Notes: generated from the sequence alone by a model not told the origin. A stretch of 61,004 nt of DNA, filler included, from Chiloscyllium plagiosum (GCF_004010195.1; 3 parts of one record of this genome joined end to end with filler, not necessarily neighbours in it), one strand, 5' to 3'. Numbered from the whole stretch's first letter, positions 36,420 to 49,337 are shown. A program made the numbers and translations.

Positions 36420-37837
36420 TTTGGAGATGCTCTTGTTACACCTAGTTCACCGGTAGACACCATGCTAAAAGAGACAGGTGACAGCCGGTATGTATCCCCT
36501 GAACAGGAAGCATTTACACCAGCTCCCAAGGGAATTGGCCATGTGGAGGAGCCTTTAAATTAGATACGATTGATTTTTGGGCCATGGCCATTACGGGATG
36601 GCACAGGAAGCCCTCCTGGGACACCCTTTACATCCCTCAGTGCCTTGAACATTTTTGGGACATTGCTAAACAGCATCAGCCCCATAAAGAAAACGACGGT
36701 CGCAATAAACCCCTGATGGCGGAGATCCCAATAAAATTCGACAAGGCCCCACGCCGTTTCTCGGAAACTTACCCTACCAGCTGAACCGCCTGACCCACTG
36801 TCAATGAAGTGGCTGCATTTCTCACCACGCAATCTCATGAGAAGCTTCCAGCAAGAAACAGCAGCCGCCATTAAGTCCGAACCATCACCACTGACCAACA
36901 CAAATGGTAGCCCCAGAATCACAAGAAGCGTGGCTGCTGCCCAGAGAAACCAGGGCACCGGCTGTGGCTCTACTCCCCTCGATTAGACCTGGACGCATGC
37001 AATGGTCCAGCCCATGCTGTAAGATGCCACAGACCTGTTGAAGCACCCACTCCCAGTCTACAATTGGCTATTCTAAATTTTCATAATCGACTACACTCAG
37101 CCCTTCTACCTCCAAGTTTGCCCAAAATGTGCAGACCCGATTGCAGCTCGCGTACGGGGCCCACTGGGCGACCATTCGCCCTACTATTGACTTTCCCATC
37201 CAACCCTGGGACACCACTGCTGACCGGGATAAATGGCTGGACAGCACCGTGAAGGATGCAATAAATGCCAGCGCAAGACAGCAAGTCGACTTTGGTGCTG
37301 TAACCCGGTGTCTGCAGAGAGCAGACTAGCCCTTGCCCAATTGCATTGCCTGCTTTAGTGAGGTCTGGGACTCCTTGACGGGCATTCATTGCAGAAAATG
37401 AAAAGATGTCTGTGCAGACCCTAGTGAACTGCATGCTCCCTCCATATGCTCACGTATATAAACTACATATTCTCACTTGGCATACGATGGCCTGGGGGTC
37501 TCTTTGACCATACTCAGTAATTTGGACATTGCTGGGCTGTTCACCATGCCAAAGCAAACGAGGGCATTCTCCGAAGCGCACAACTGGACTGCCGGAAATA
37601 CACTACAAGATCGGTACAGATATCTAATCGATTTCAGAAAGGACAATGTCAAAACTGTGGCAAATCGGGACAGTGGTCAGAATAGTGCTGGTCAGAACCC
37701 AGTGAGGGACGCTCAGGTCCCTCCATCCTCCCCCACTCCCTGGAGGACGACAGCAGCCCACAACTCCAGAGTGACAACCTTAGCAGACTGCCTAAACCAT
37801 GCACAATCTCTTCCCCAATGCCGCAGAAAGCAACTAG
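36420..37837 (+). pseudogene. gag: ERV-A copy 2 gag
   Basis: About 96% identical to copy 1. Zinc knuckle starts at 37647; TAG at 37835-37837. Confidence 0.82.
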
Positions 37838-40800
37838 GGCTGTCGCGAGGGGTGTTTTGCAGTTGGTCTCAATACGCTTCTCCAACTCCCTGTCCAAAAA
37901 TCCGATGCTGGCTGTGGAGGTTTGGGGGCGGATCATCTTTTTTCTGGTGGACTCTGGGCCACCTACTGGCTTGAAATCCCCTCTGTAGAATTTTTTCCGA
38001 GATACATGACCGTCCACACCGTAGGACTTTCTGGAGTGCCCATGATGGGGCCATCTCCCTAATCATTAACTTCAGTATTGGACCTTCCACTGTCCCCGAT
38101 GCTGCCATTAAATTCACCTCTTGCCCAGCCGCCATTCTGTGCCAGAAAACCTTGTATAAATTTGTTTGCCAGCATCATTTAGACCTCATCATGATACTTT
38201 TACGCCAGCGACCCCTCCACTTCATGCCCCTCAGTTAGGCCCCCGTTGCCCTGTTAGAGGTTGTGCAACTTGGGCAGATTGTGTTTTGTGTGCACTATGC
38301 TCCTGCAACATTCCAGCCCACTTTTACCACGCAAACTCTGTTTGCTACACTCCTCCGAAGACTCCCTGTTGCTAGCTAATCCTCCAGCGCCACTGTAGGC
38401 ACACCACCCCGACCGGGAAGGCCAGGTGAGGTCCTCCCCACTCCACCCTGCCACACTCAAGCAGAGAGACATCCTGCTGTCTATACGGCAATACAAACTG
38501 ACGCCAGCAGCAGTACAAGGGATCAAGCCGGTGAGTGACATCCTCGTACAACAGGTTGTCCTAGTTCCTACAATAGGTGCATGTAATGCACCCACCCAAC
38601 ACATTCCAATACCCATGCAACTAGGAAAGTGGCGTTTTGTCCAGAGTCTGAGGGCTTGAATCCAATTGTTATTCATGGCTCCCCAGTGGTCTCGGACAGT
38701 AACGTCATACTCACCAGCACCCCTGCTACCGCCACTCATTTTTTTTTGTAATTGATCTCTGATCAGGTTTTGTCTCCATCACATTGTCACCTGACAGGCA
38801 GTACCTTTTCGTTTTTCGATACGATGGCTGCCAGTGCACATGGACCTTGATCCCCAGTGTTCCACAGAGAGCCCCACCGTCTATGCCTCTGCACTCTACT
38901 CATACCGTGAAACAGCACCCTCCTCGAATATGTGGACGAAATTCACCTGCGCTAAAACATGCATGCAGGACTTTGTAGCGTTGCTCTGCTGTCTAGCAAT
39001 AGATGGACACAGGGTTACAATGGAAAGAAAATGCAACTCTGCCAGTATAAAGTACAGTAGTTGGGATACAAACTCTTACATGGCCTCAGTGCAGTATCGA
39101 GAGAGAAAATCGCAGCCACTAGTCAGTTTCCCCTCCAGCCACAAGAACGTGGCTGCAGGCTTTCCTGGGCATGGCGAATTACTGCAGGCACTGTATCCCT
39201 GACCTCCTTGCCATTGACGATCCACTACGGCAGTCAGCGAAAATGCACTAAATGAAATTGTGGACCAGGCATTCACCGAAATAAAGCAGTGANNNNNNNN
39301 NNNNNNNNNNNNNNNNNNNNNNNNNNNNNNNNNNNNNNNNNNNNNNNNNNNNNNNNNNNNNNNNNNNNNNNNNNNNNNNNNNNNNNNNNNNNNNNNNNNN
39401 NNNNNNNNNNNNNNNNNNNNNNNNNNNNNNNNNNNNNNNNNNNNNNNNNNNNNNNNNNNNNNNNNNNNNNNNNNNNNNNNNNNNNNNNNNNNNNNNNNNN
39501 NNNNNNNNNNNNNNNNNNNNNNNNNNNNNNNNNNNNNNNNNNNNNNNNNNNNNNNNNNNNNNNNNNNNNNNNNNNNNNNNNNNNNNNNNNNNNNNNNNNN
39601 NNNNNNNNNNNNNNNNNNNNNNNNNNNTGACCTCATGCCCTTTGCGATGGGTCCTCCTTCAGGCACTCGGACACCGCACACTGGCAGTGTATGCCGTCTG
39701 CACCTCTTTCACTATCCTAGAATAAGCTGCAATGTTACAACTGAACAACATGCAGAGCTGTTCATGCTTACTTGGGTTTGCATCATATCAAAAAGTCACA
39801 CAGCCAACATTTACATTGACTCCATTATGCCTGTCGTATTTTTCACGACTTTGGCACACTCTGGAAACAGAGGGTTAATCACTTCAGCAGGGAGGCCACT
39901 GCATCACGCTGCGTTAATCTCCAACCCCCTTGAATCATTCCTGTTACCCTCTGCCCCAGCGATTTCAAAATGCGCTGCCTATATCTCTGCCACTGTCCCT
40001 GTCATCCTCGGGAATGCCTTAGCACATGCAGCAGCCCGGAAATCCACACTGCACCCCACCACTTACGTCCTACAGGCCCCCAGCATAGGTAAGGCTCCAG
40101 GATTCCCTGACCCCAAGGAAGCAGTCCGAGCTGACTACCAAGCAGCTGTAACGCAAAAAAGGATTGTTCGGCCGAATTGGGGCAGTCACCTTCACTAGAG
40201 CTGCTGTTACACGCCAATGACCATTTCATTTGTCGAAGAGCCCATCTGCATATACTTGTCCTAGCAGCCCACGGCGGTGGCCACACGGACTCGAGGGGCA
40301 CGTCACACGCTATCTCGCAATCCTGTTTGCATTGTGATGTGCTGCCGCTGCCTAAGCCTTGCTGTTACAGTGCCTCGTTTGCCTGCAAAACAATTCTAAA
40401 AAGCCTGTTGCCAGGTATGACCGGCTGCCAGTTACTGAGGGACCTTTTAGCCACTTGCAGATTGACTTTGATCACATGCCCCAAACAGGGTAACAAATAT
40501 ATCCTTGTCATCATCGACATGTTCTCTAAACGGGTGGAGGCCTTTCCCACAAGAAAGAATGATGCAGACACAATGGAAAAATGCTTCCTGAGGGATGTCG
40601 TCCCCAGATTCGGGAACCCTGGTAACACACAGCCAGATAGGGGGAACATTTCACTGTAAACTTATGACTGATATTAGGGATGCCATGGCGCGACCACACC
40701 CCCTACCAACCCCGGTCATCAAGAATGTTCGAACAGATGAAGGCCACTCTTAAAACCACGATGACCAAGATCACCCAGGAGTGACCTGGCCAGACGTCGT

Positions 40801-41010
40801 CTTGCCACTAGCTCTTTACACTATACATAGCCAGGCAAACCGCATGACTGGGCTTACAAGTACCAGACCCCCAATATTCTCCATGGAGAATGGAGAGACG
40901 GAAAGGTCTATATCTGGCCCTGCTGATGACCCAGACAGCTATAAAATTCGAGGGATGGCCCGAATGGACACATGTCACCCGAATAAAAGAGAATTCCCCT
41001 TACAACGGAC
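37838..41010 (+). pseudogene. pol: ERV-A copy 2 pro-pol (contains N gap 39293-39627)
   Basis: LVDSG, LGKWRFVQSLRA, YVDE, QHAELFMLT..NIYIDS, IDMFSKRVEAFPT. Confidence 0.9.
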
Positions 41011-42550
41011 AGGGACCAGACAGGAGAAGACACTACTCGGAACGCCGAAGACAGATACAGCTGCGCAGCGCAGCCATAAACATCATCTCCCTCAGTCTGA
41101 CCTGTCTGACTGTCACGCTATGCCTTGCCAGTAAACAGGGACGAAAGGCGAGACATCTAATAATCCGCTGTGACTTACAGGCCAACACTTTCCTGAGAAT
41201 GGCCCATGGGTATGCTCAGCGATTTAACCGGACTCGACGTTGGGTCTGCACGAGCATCCCCGTCCACTCTCACGGGGCATTCAGTTACCTTCTATCTCCT
41301 TCAATATCTCCAACATGGTAGTGGGGTGGCTGGAACCAAACAGGTCCTCGAAGGTTACCACAATCAAAATACCACCAACAATGGGCATCTATGGGGAGAA
41401 CAGCCCAGCCCGCTGGAGATCTTCGGGGTGCCACCTGGACAAATTTACAGGGTGGTTTTACCCGACCTACAACGTCTCTGATGAATCCCCAGCCCTAACC
41501 ATTGCCAACACCACCGAACAGTGGACACCTACAAGGTCCATCCATTTAAAAACACACATCCATCTGGATGGGAGGCTGGCTGGAGTCGGTGCACTCACGC
41601 CCTGCCTCTAACTCTCTCAGAACAACGATCCGCAGCAGAAGGCAGCATATTAAACCTACAGGTCCTCAACAGGGTCACTCAGAATACCACCATCCTCACC
41701 ATCTGGAGAGGATCCCAGACCCAGCATCTCTGGAGTTACAATGGAACCTGTTTTATCTGTGGCCACAAAACCTACCCCTTGCTGTTGCTGTCCTGGGCTG
41801 GCAGCTGGTTTGTCATGTGCGTGGTACCATTCATCTGTCACTCCCAGTTCCCTACCGTCCCAAAGCCCGTGACCTGTAGCAAACGAGCCGTCGCTGCCCT
41901 TGATGCAGCGCTCTAACTGAAGGCACATCCCATGCAACCATGCGGTTTCACATGGAAGCCCACAAACTCACCACCACAATAGAGCAAGTGGCGAACCTCA
42001 CAGTTGAAGTGCTTAGCCAGCGAAATGCGAAAAATATCCCAATTCGCAATGTGGCCCTGCAAAACTAGATGGCCGTAGACTCCCTGCTCGCTGCAAATCG
42101 GGGCACATGCGCCCTCGTTAGTGCTGGCTGCTGTACTTACATCCCTGAGCCCCGCGAGTGCATCACGGACCTGGCCCAGCCTATCCAGCAGATGCTTCTC
42201 TCTTGCATGATCAGGAATACCACTGGGACTTATGGGACTGGGCAGTCTCCTGGATGGACTCATGGGGTACAGCCCTGCTACAGGAACTGATTGCCATCCT
42301 TGCTATCATTGCCAGAGTGTGGCATTGGCCATGGCCATCCGACTCTGTGTGCCAGACTACTGCCCTCTGGCCCCCTGACCATTCAGATAAAAAAAGATCA
42401 TATGGGGGATCAACCCTGCCCCAAGGCAACGTCTGCAGAGTTGTTCTCAGACACTGAGGGTGAACTGTCTGATATCGAACAACGCCCCCACCCTCCACGC
42501 GACAAATTCCCCCTGGCGCTGACTACGTTGCCCCTTTTCTCATCCCACCC
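41011..42550 (+). pseudogene. env: ERV-A copy 2 env
   Basis: NTFLRMAHGYAQRFNRTRRWVCTSIP, NGTCFICGHKTYP, SKRAV, LQN*MAVDSLLAANRGTCALVSAGCCTYIP. Confidence 0.9.
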
Positions 42551-42566
42551 TCAAAAAAGGATGAAT

Positions 42567-43311
42567 TGTGGGAAAACATCCTCTACCCTGCAAACCCATA
42601 GCATGGCCACGCAGAACAGAGTAAATCAAGCATGTCCCAACCATGAAATAAATTCCCAGAATGCCTCAGCATTGACAAAGCAGGATGACACGGCAAACCA
42701 GGCATGTCCATAGTCACTGTCAGACCAGGCAATACACTTCCAAAGAGAAAGTAACAATGAGCTTCTTGGGATCGATCAACACAGCTGTCCCAAAGCCCTA
42801 AGGGCAGGTTCATAACCCAATGATCCCAAAGCCACACAAAAGACAGATCAGATGGAGAGGCACCAGATTACCTCGCTCAGAGAAGAGAAGCAATGGAAAC
42901 ACCTCATTACTTTAAAAGAAATATTCTCCCCTACCCTCGAATACCGCAGAGATCTGATCCCATTTTGTACTGATTGATGCTGCCAGAATGCTGCGTTATA
43001 TCTATATTCAAGATATTCTTCTGATAACTGTTTTGCGACTACCACCATCCTAACTGGATTCCTTGATTATCAAGATCATTGTTTTTTTATTAATTAGCAT
43101 CATTGAACATGATCTCTATATATATATACAAAAAAACTGGCTTGATTCTCAGTTCGGGGAAGGGGGCGTCGTCAACATGAACAGACTGTCTGTGCTGTTT
43201 CAGCTCAGTGATTCTCTCTTCCATGGTATCGCTGTGTTAATAAACGTTTTGTAAATTTTTCTTCGCTCTGTGCTTTGTGATCTCTGATTTATTGGGCTAA
43301 TTTCACCGAAA
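42567..43311 (+). repeat. ERV-A copy 2 3' LTR
   Basis: Duplicate of 14439-15188, preceded by the PPT at 42553-42565. Confidence 0.85.
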
Positions 43312-45278
43312 ATTAGGTTTAACTGCCTTCCAATGACGATCGAACATGTGCAATAAATGCTGTAGATGCTCCTTCATTAATTGACTTAAAATCATCAATA
43401 TACGCCACACAGTTGGGTAATCTGCCAATGACCTTATTAGTCAGTCTCTCAAATGTGGCTGGAGAGTTTCTCATAACAAATTGCATGACTCTGAACTGAT
43501 AAAGTCCATTTGGTGCTCTGATATTCAAAATTGACTTTGGTCTCTCTGATAGACGTATTTGCCAGTATCTTCTGAGCAAGTCCAACTTAGAAATGTAAGT
43601 TGCTTGTCACAAGGTTTCGATACAATCCTCCAACCGTGGAGTTACATAGGCATCAGACTTTGTAACGGTGTTTACTTTGCGATGCCCCAAAGATATCACC
43701 CAGATATCACCTGGCTTTGCCACCATGACTATTTGTGAGCTCAAATCACTGTCACTCACTTCTATTATGCATCTTGGAGCATGTGCTCTATCTCCTTCTG
43801 AACATGTGCCAACCTTAAAATGTTATGTCGATAAAGATGTTGCTTAATCGGAAAAGCATCTCCGACATGCACAACATGCACAATTAGGTTAATACTTCCC
43901 AGTTTATTTCTGCATATCTCCTCATGTGATATTAATTACTTTTTCAGGTCATTCTGTTCTTTTTGTGGAAGTTAACTTAATAATTTATCTTCATTTTTGT
44001 CAAGTTCCTCATTACACAATTTGATTAGAGGAATGCCCAATTCAGTATCCTTCCCTATCAAAATACATTTTGAGCATATTCACATGGCACACTGTGTGAG
44101 AGCTCGTCCTGTGTGGAATCCTTATCAAGTAATTCACCTCACTTTAATAGGTTCCATTTAACCTTGTTATTAAAGACTCACTGGTTACTGGACATAGCAC
44201 GAATCCCTTCGCCCCAATTGCAAAATAGCAAATTTGTGATTTCATATTCGTTTCTTGTTTCATTTTATGCTGTTATACTTTTACGTGCTGTCTACCCAAC
44301 TCTCCAGCTCCAATTAAAAGTTCTCTAAAATTTGACACATAGTCAAAATGGGTGATCTCTTAATTCTGACTTACTTATTTCTCCTTAATCGTTTTTCATG
44401 GTCCTTTTACTTAGTGCATAAAAATTAATTTAAATGCACTGAATTTAGTCCATTCATTCGGTGCATCTCTTATCGCAAACAGTACAATCAGAACTCCCTT
44501 ATCCAAATCATCTCGACAATCCTGAACATTAACATGGTCTTCAGGTGTCGGGGTATGATTCTCGCTTCGGCACGTGTGTCCCATTAACCTGCAAGAGGTT
44601 ACAGGTGAAACTCCCAGACCATCCCTCCCTTCTTGTCGTGACTTTGGTAAAAATGCCCGACTTGGAAGTGGCATCGAGGTCATGACGCCGACAGATGCCT
44701 GCATACCTGGCAGTGGAAATGGCTGTGGGAGGAGCTTTTGCGAAAGTATGATTGAGATGTCGGTCAATCACCTCCTCCTACAAGTCCTCTCCACCGCAGA
44801 GAGTGGAGTGTATTATTTCCCCCTTCAACTCTATTTTGATTTGATCCCTGCCGTCCCCCTCACTATTTGGTCATGCAGCATTGCTCTCTGAGAAGTACAC
44901 TGCTTGTCACGGACCACTCAGATATTTCCTTTCTTCCTGGTAGTGGATATTGAATTAAGGTTTGTGCACCTGTTGTTTTTCACTGTGTCTCACACACGCA
45001 CACACACAAAATGGTCGCTGAGGAAAATATAAGCACGAGCGCAGTTAGGCGGTAGTGTGTGGGTTTCAAAAAAAAGGCAAAAAGTATACGCAGGAGATTT
45101 AGAGTCTCAAAAAAACACAGTCTGCAGTGTTTGATGCAATTTCTCTCACGCTACCTGTGATTCTGGACGGTACGCAGTAGATTTGAATTGCTTTATTAAC
45201 AAGTTAACCACAGCATCCTTGCAGAGTTTGGATGTGAAGTTTGCTCCTTGATCTGACGGGATCTCTTTTGGCTGTCCG
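43312..45278 (-). mobile_element. Duplicate Gmr1 IN-RT segment, including the Tx1-like insert (44549-45126, + strand)
   Basis: Colinear with 15189-17159; contains CVAYIDD. Ends at the linker gap. Confidence 0.88.
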
Positions 45279-45378
45279 NNNNNNNNNNNNNNNNNNNNNN
45301 NNNNNNNNNNNNNNNNNNNNNNTTAATTAATTAANNNNNNNNNNNNNNNNNNNNNNNNNNNNNNNNNNNNNNNNNNNN
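45279..45378. other. Synthetic scaffold linker (44 N + TTAATTAATTAA + 44 N)
   Basis: Same construct as 18186-18285. Confidence 0.95.
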
Positions 45379-47190
45379 TGAAAGATTGCCTCGGAACAGC
45401 AAAGTTTGAGCATTATTTTGGAGAGGGAGGATCTGACATCCAAAACAAATGTGCTCAGCTTATATAAGTGTAAATTGTAAACGGATGAGGGAAGAGCTTG
45501 CTGGAGTGGACCAGAAAACGGGTTTAGCAGCAAAACCCTGTGAAGAACAATGGCAATCCATTCAGAAAAACAGTTCAACGCTCACATTAATGACATAATT
45601 CAAGTGAGAAGGATAAAATCTAGGAAGGGGACGAGTGTATTATGTTTACGGAGAAAAGTTGGAAATAGCAGCAAATTGAATTAAAAGGAAAACATGAAAT
45701 GTGGGAAATATTTTCGGTGAGCAGGACATTCGGAATGTTTACAGAAATATCAATAAGCCAGCAAATTGGACAGGCAAATGGACGTACAAGGAATAGTGCA
45801 GGTGGGATGGGCTTCAGATTAGTATGACAGGGCGGCGCAACATCGAGGGCCCAAGAGCCTGTACTGCACTGTAACGTCCTATGTTCTATGTAAAGATTAA
45901 TAAGGAAGGAGAAGGTAAACATCGAAAGCGAAACTACAGCTGATATTAAAGTGGACAGCAAGAGCATCCTTAAATAGAAAGAACTGAAGAGAAAAGCCAA
46001 CGTGAATATAGGCCCATATTGAATGAAGCTGGGAATTCGTGACTGGGAACCACGAAATGACAGAAAAGATGAATAAATAGTCTGCTACTGCGGTGAAAGT
46101 CGCAGGCAAAGAACATTCTATAATTACGAAATAATGAAGGGCAAAAGAAACGGCGAGCAATGCAACACAATGACTTTCACTACAAAGAAAACGTCAGAGA
46201 AATTTGCAGGAGTATTTACCGCAAAATGCACTGGAACTTATGAGGCGCAATCCAAGATAGAAAAATAAATAAGAAAAAAATGTGTTGGATGCAATAGTTG
46301 TAACTTTCCAATAATCATTAGGTTTCAGAAAAGTATTACTGGATTGGCAAAGTGACAAGGTAACACCTTTACTCAAAAAAAGTATGGACACAAAAAAGTC
46401 TGACTGAGGCCATTATTGGCAAATTAACATAATTTATTGGAAAAATTGCGTCGTCTTTAATAAAGCACGTAACACCCGAGCATTTAGAAGTACATGACAT
46501 GATCAAGAGGACCGAGAATGGATTTACAAAAGGGAAATCTCGTTTGATAAATGTATTAGAATTCTTTGAGAATAAGAAGGAAATAGTGATTTTTTTTTGT
46601 TTTCTGAAGACATTTGATAAGGTACCACACATAAGATTATTTAACAAGACAACAGCCTGTGGTTTCGGAGGTATCGTGTTGCCACGGAGAGAAGATTGTG
46701 GAAATCACGATCGTAAGAGTGTTTGATTACACATTTAACTTTACAGGATGTCAATCTGTAGTTGGTGGATACCACATAAATCAGGTTCAGGGGACACAAA
46801 TATTTACAAAGTATTTTAACGACTTAGATGAGGGAAGTGAATGTACTGCAGATAAGTTGGCAAATGACACAAAAATTGTAGAGGAGTTAATTGGTGGGTA
46901 TGAAGCAAAACAGTTTGCAGAGGGCTATAGATTGGAAAAGAGAGGGAACAAGAAACTTTGCATATTAATATAACGTGGTGAAGTAAATGAGAAATGACAT
47001 AAAAAACGAAGTTATGAATTTTAGCAGGAACGGTAGAGCAACTGAATATTATTTACATAGAGGTTCAATTCTGAAATCTGCAGAACAGATTTGGGAATCC
47101 TCATCACAGAATGACGAGAAGCTAGCTTTTAATTTTAACTGCAACAAAGGCAAACATAATGCTGGGCTTTGTTTAAAAACTAATGGGATA
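45379..47190 (+). mobile_element. Old CR1 LINE ORF2 (5' part; resumes at about 51232-51800), containing a short CR1 3'-end insertion at about 45785-45892
   Basis: VTPLLKK, GFTKGKSRLINVLEFFE, LKTFDKVPHIRL, NDLDEGSECTADKLANDTKI. Confidence 0.8.
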
Positions 47191-49301
47191 TTGAGAGTTG
47201 GAACAAAAAGAAAGACCGAGCAGATAAATGCGTGGCTGAGGAGCTGTCGCAGGGGCTAGGATTCACATTTTCCGATCATTGAGGTCTCTTCACCAACAGA
47301 AATGACATGTATAAGAGGGACAGGTTTCACTTGAATTGGAAAGGGACCAATACTCTTGCAGGAAATCTTTCTCGTGGTACCCTGAAGGCTTCAAGCTAGT
47401 AAGTGTGATGGTGAGACTCAACACAATAGTGAGAAAAAGGAAAAGGTTGAGGATCGTAAAATAGACACGGTGAACCATTCTAAGAGTCAAGGCAGGCAAC
47501 AGTTTGGCATAAATGAGGTAAGACTGAAAAGCAGCATTTACTTGAGTGCAAGATGCCTGATAGATGGGACAGGTGAACCTCGGACATGGATGGGAATGTG
47601 GGATGGGGATATCATAACCATTACAGAAAGGTGGCTCAGGGATGAACAGGACTGGCCACTTAATCTTCAGGGATGCAGATGCTATATAAAGAATAGTCGG
47701 GGTGAGGGGGGAAACAAGAGAGGAGGAGGAATGGTACTTCTGGTTCAGAAGCACATTATGGCTGTATGTTGCGAGGAAATTCCTGGGAGACTGCCCAGTG
47801 ACGTTACATGGATGGAACCCAATTTTGAGAAAGGGGTGATCACCTTTCTGGGAGTGTAATATAGTCCTCTCAATAGTCAATTGGAAATTCGCAAGTGAAT
47901 ATGTAAGGAGATCTCAGCTATGTCTAAGCACAATCGGATTATGGTCGGTGATTTTTAACTTTTCAAACATATTTTGGGACTGTCATAGTGTTAAGGTCTT
48001 GGATGGGGAGTAATTGATTAGGTTTATGCAAGGGAAATTTTGTATTCAATATATGGAAGCACCTACTAGAGGTTGTGGAATGCTTGAACCTCTGTTGCGA
48101 AACGGAGCAGGACAATTGACTGAGATGTCCTGGGGGCAGACGTCGGAGCAAGTAATCGTAATTGTATTAGTTTGAAAACCGTTATGAAAAAGGGTAGAAT
48201 TGATTAAAAAAATGAATGTTTCAAAGTGGAGTGAGGCCAGGTTTGACGGTATCTGACAGGAACTTTGAAAATCTGGTTGGGGTGGAGATAGCGGGCTATT
48301 CGTGGAAAAGGGACGGTTGGGAATTGGGAAGCACTTAAACATGAGATCATGAGAGTTCAGTGATGGTATGTTCCTGTTTGTGTGAAGGGCAAATCTCGTC
48401 GGTGCAGGGAAAGCAGTATGACAAGAGAAATCGAGACTCTAGTCAAGAAATAGGAGATATATATATCGGGTGTAGACAGCTGGGATCGAGTGAATCCAGA
48501 AAAGGATATAAGGGCAGTCGGAAATCACGAGGGTCAAAAATGGGCATGAAGCCACTTTGTCAAATAGAGTTAACGAAAATCCCAAACGATTCCATTAATG
48601 CAGTAAGGGTACAAAAATAACCAAGGAGGCAATGCACCGCTTAAAGACCAACATAGCTGTCTATGTGTGAGACACAAGAGATGGATGAGACACTGAGCAA
48701 ATATTTTGCATTAGTAGGTATATGGAAACTAAGGAAATTGGGAAATACATGGCGATGCCTTAAAAAGAGTTCATCTCAGAGTAGAGGAGGCACTGTATGT
48801 CTAGAAACCAAAAACAGAGAGAAATCTCTGAAATCCATGAGATCGGATCAGGTGTTTCCCAGAACGTAGTGGGAAGCTTAGGAGGAGATTCCTGAGCCCC
48901 TTGCTGAGATATTTGTATCATTGATAATCATGGATGAGGTGCCGGAAGATCGGAGATTGGCTAATGTGGTGGCATTACGTAAGTTGGCTCTAAAGGAAAA
49001 CCAGGACATCATGGAGAGTTGAGCTTTCTCTCCACAGATGCTGCCAGAGCCTCTGAGTTTTTCTACAATTTCCGTTTTCTTTTGTTTCAGATACACGACA
49101 TCTGCAGTTCTTTTGATTTTTATGTAGTGGTCGTGGAGTGTTGTCTTTTGGATTGGAGGTCTGTAAAAACATAACAATACCAGAACGTAAGAAATGTGAG
49201 AAGGATTCAGCCATCTGACCCTACGATGGGGTTCAACAAGACCATGGATGATCATCCCATGGACTGAGCTCCACCTACCCACCTGGAGGATCCCTGCCTC
49301 C

Positions 49302-49337
49302 ATTCCTGATGAAGGGCTTTTGCCCGAAACGTCGAAT
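49302..49337 (+). ncRNA. Minimal type I hammerhead ribozyme motif (Penelope pLTR) with intact core
   Basis: ATTC-CTGATGA-A-GGGC-TTTT-GCCC-GAAAC-GTC-GAAT. Stem I ATTC/GAAT, stem II GGGC/GCCC, palindromic ACGT stem III. Predicted cleavage after C49333. Confidence 0.8.

Larger units (their letters stand above)
34433..43311 (+). mobile_element. ERV-A copy 2: full-length decayed provirus with both LTRs
   Basis: 5' LTR 34433-35619 (split by Penelope), PBS-like 35624-35638, gag, TAG at 37835, DSG 37950-37958, YVDE 38929-38940, RNaseH, IN, env CX6CC 42108-42134, PPT, 3' LTR 42567-43311. Confidence 0.93.
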
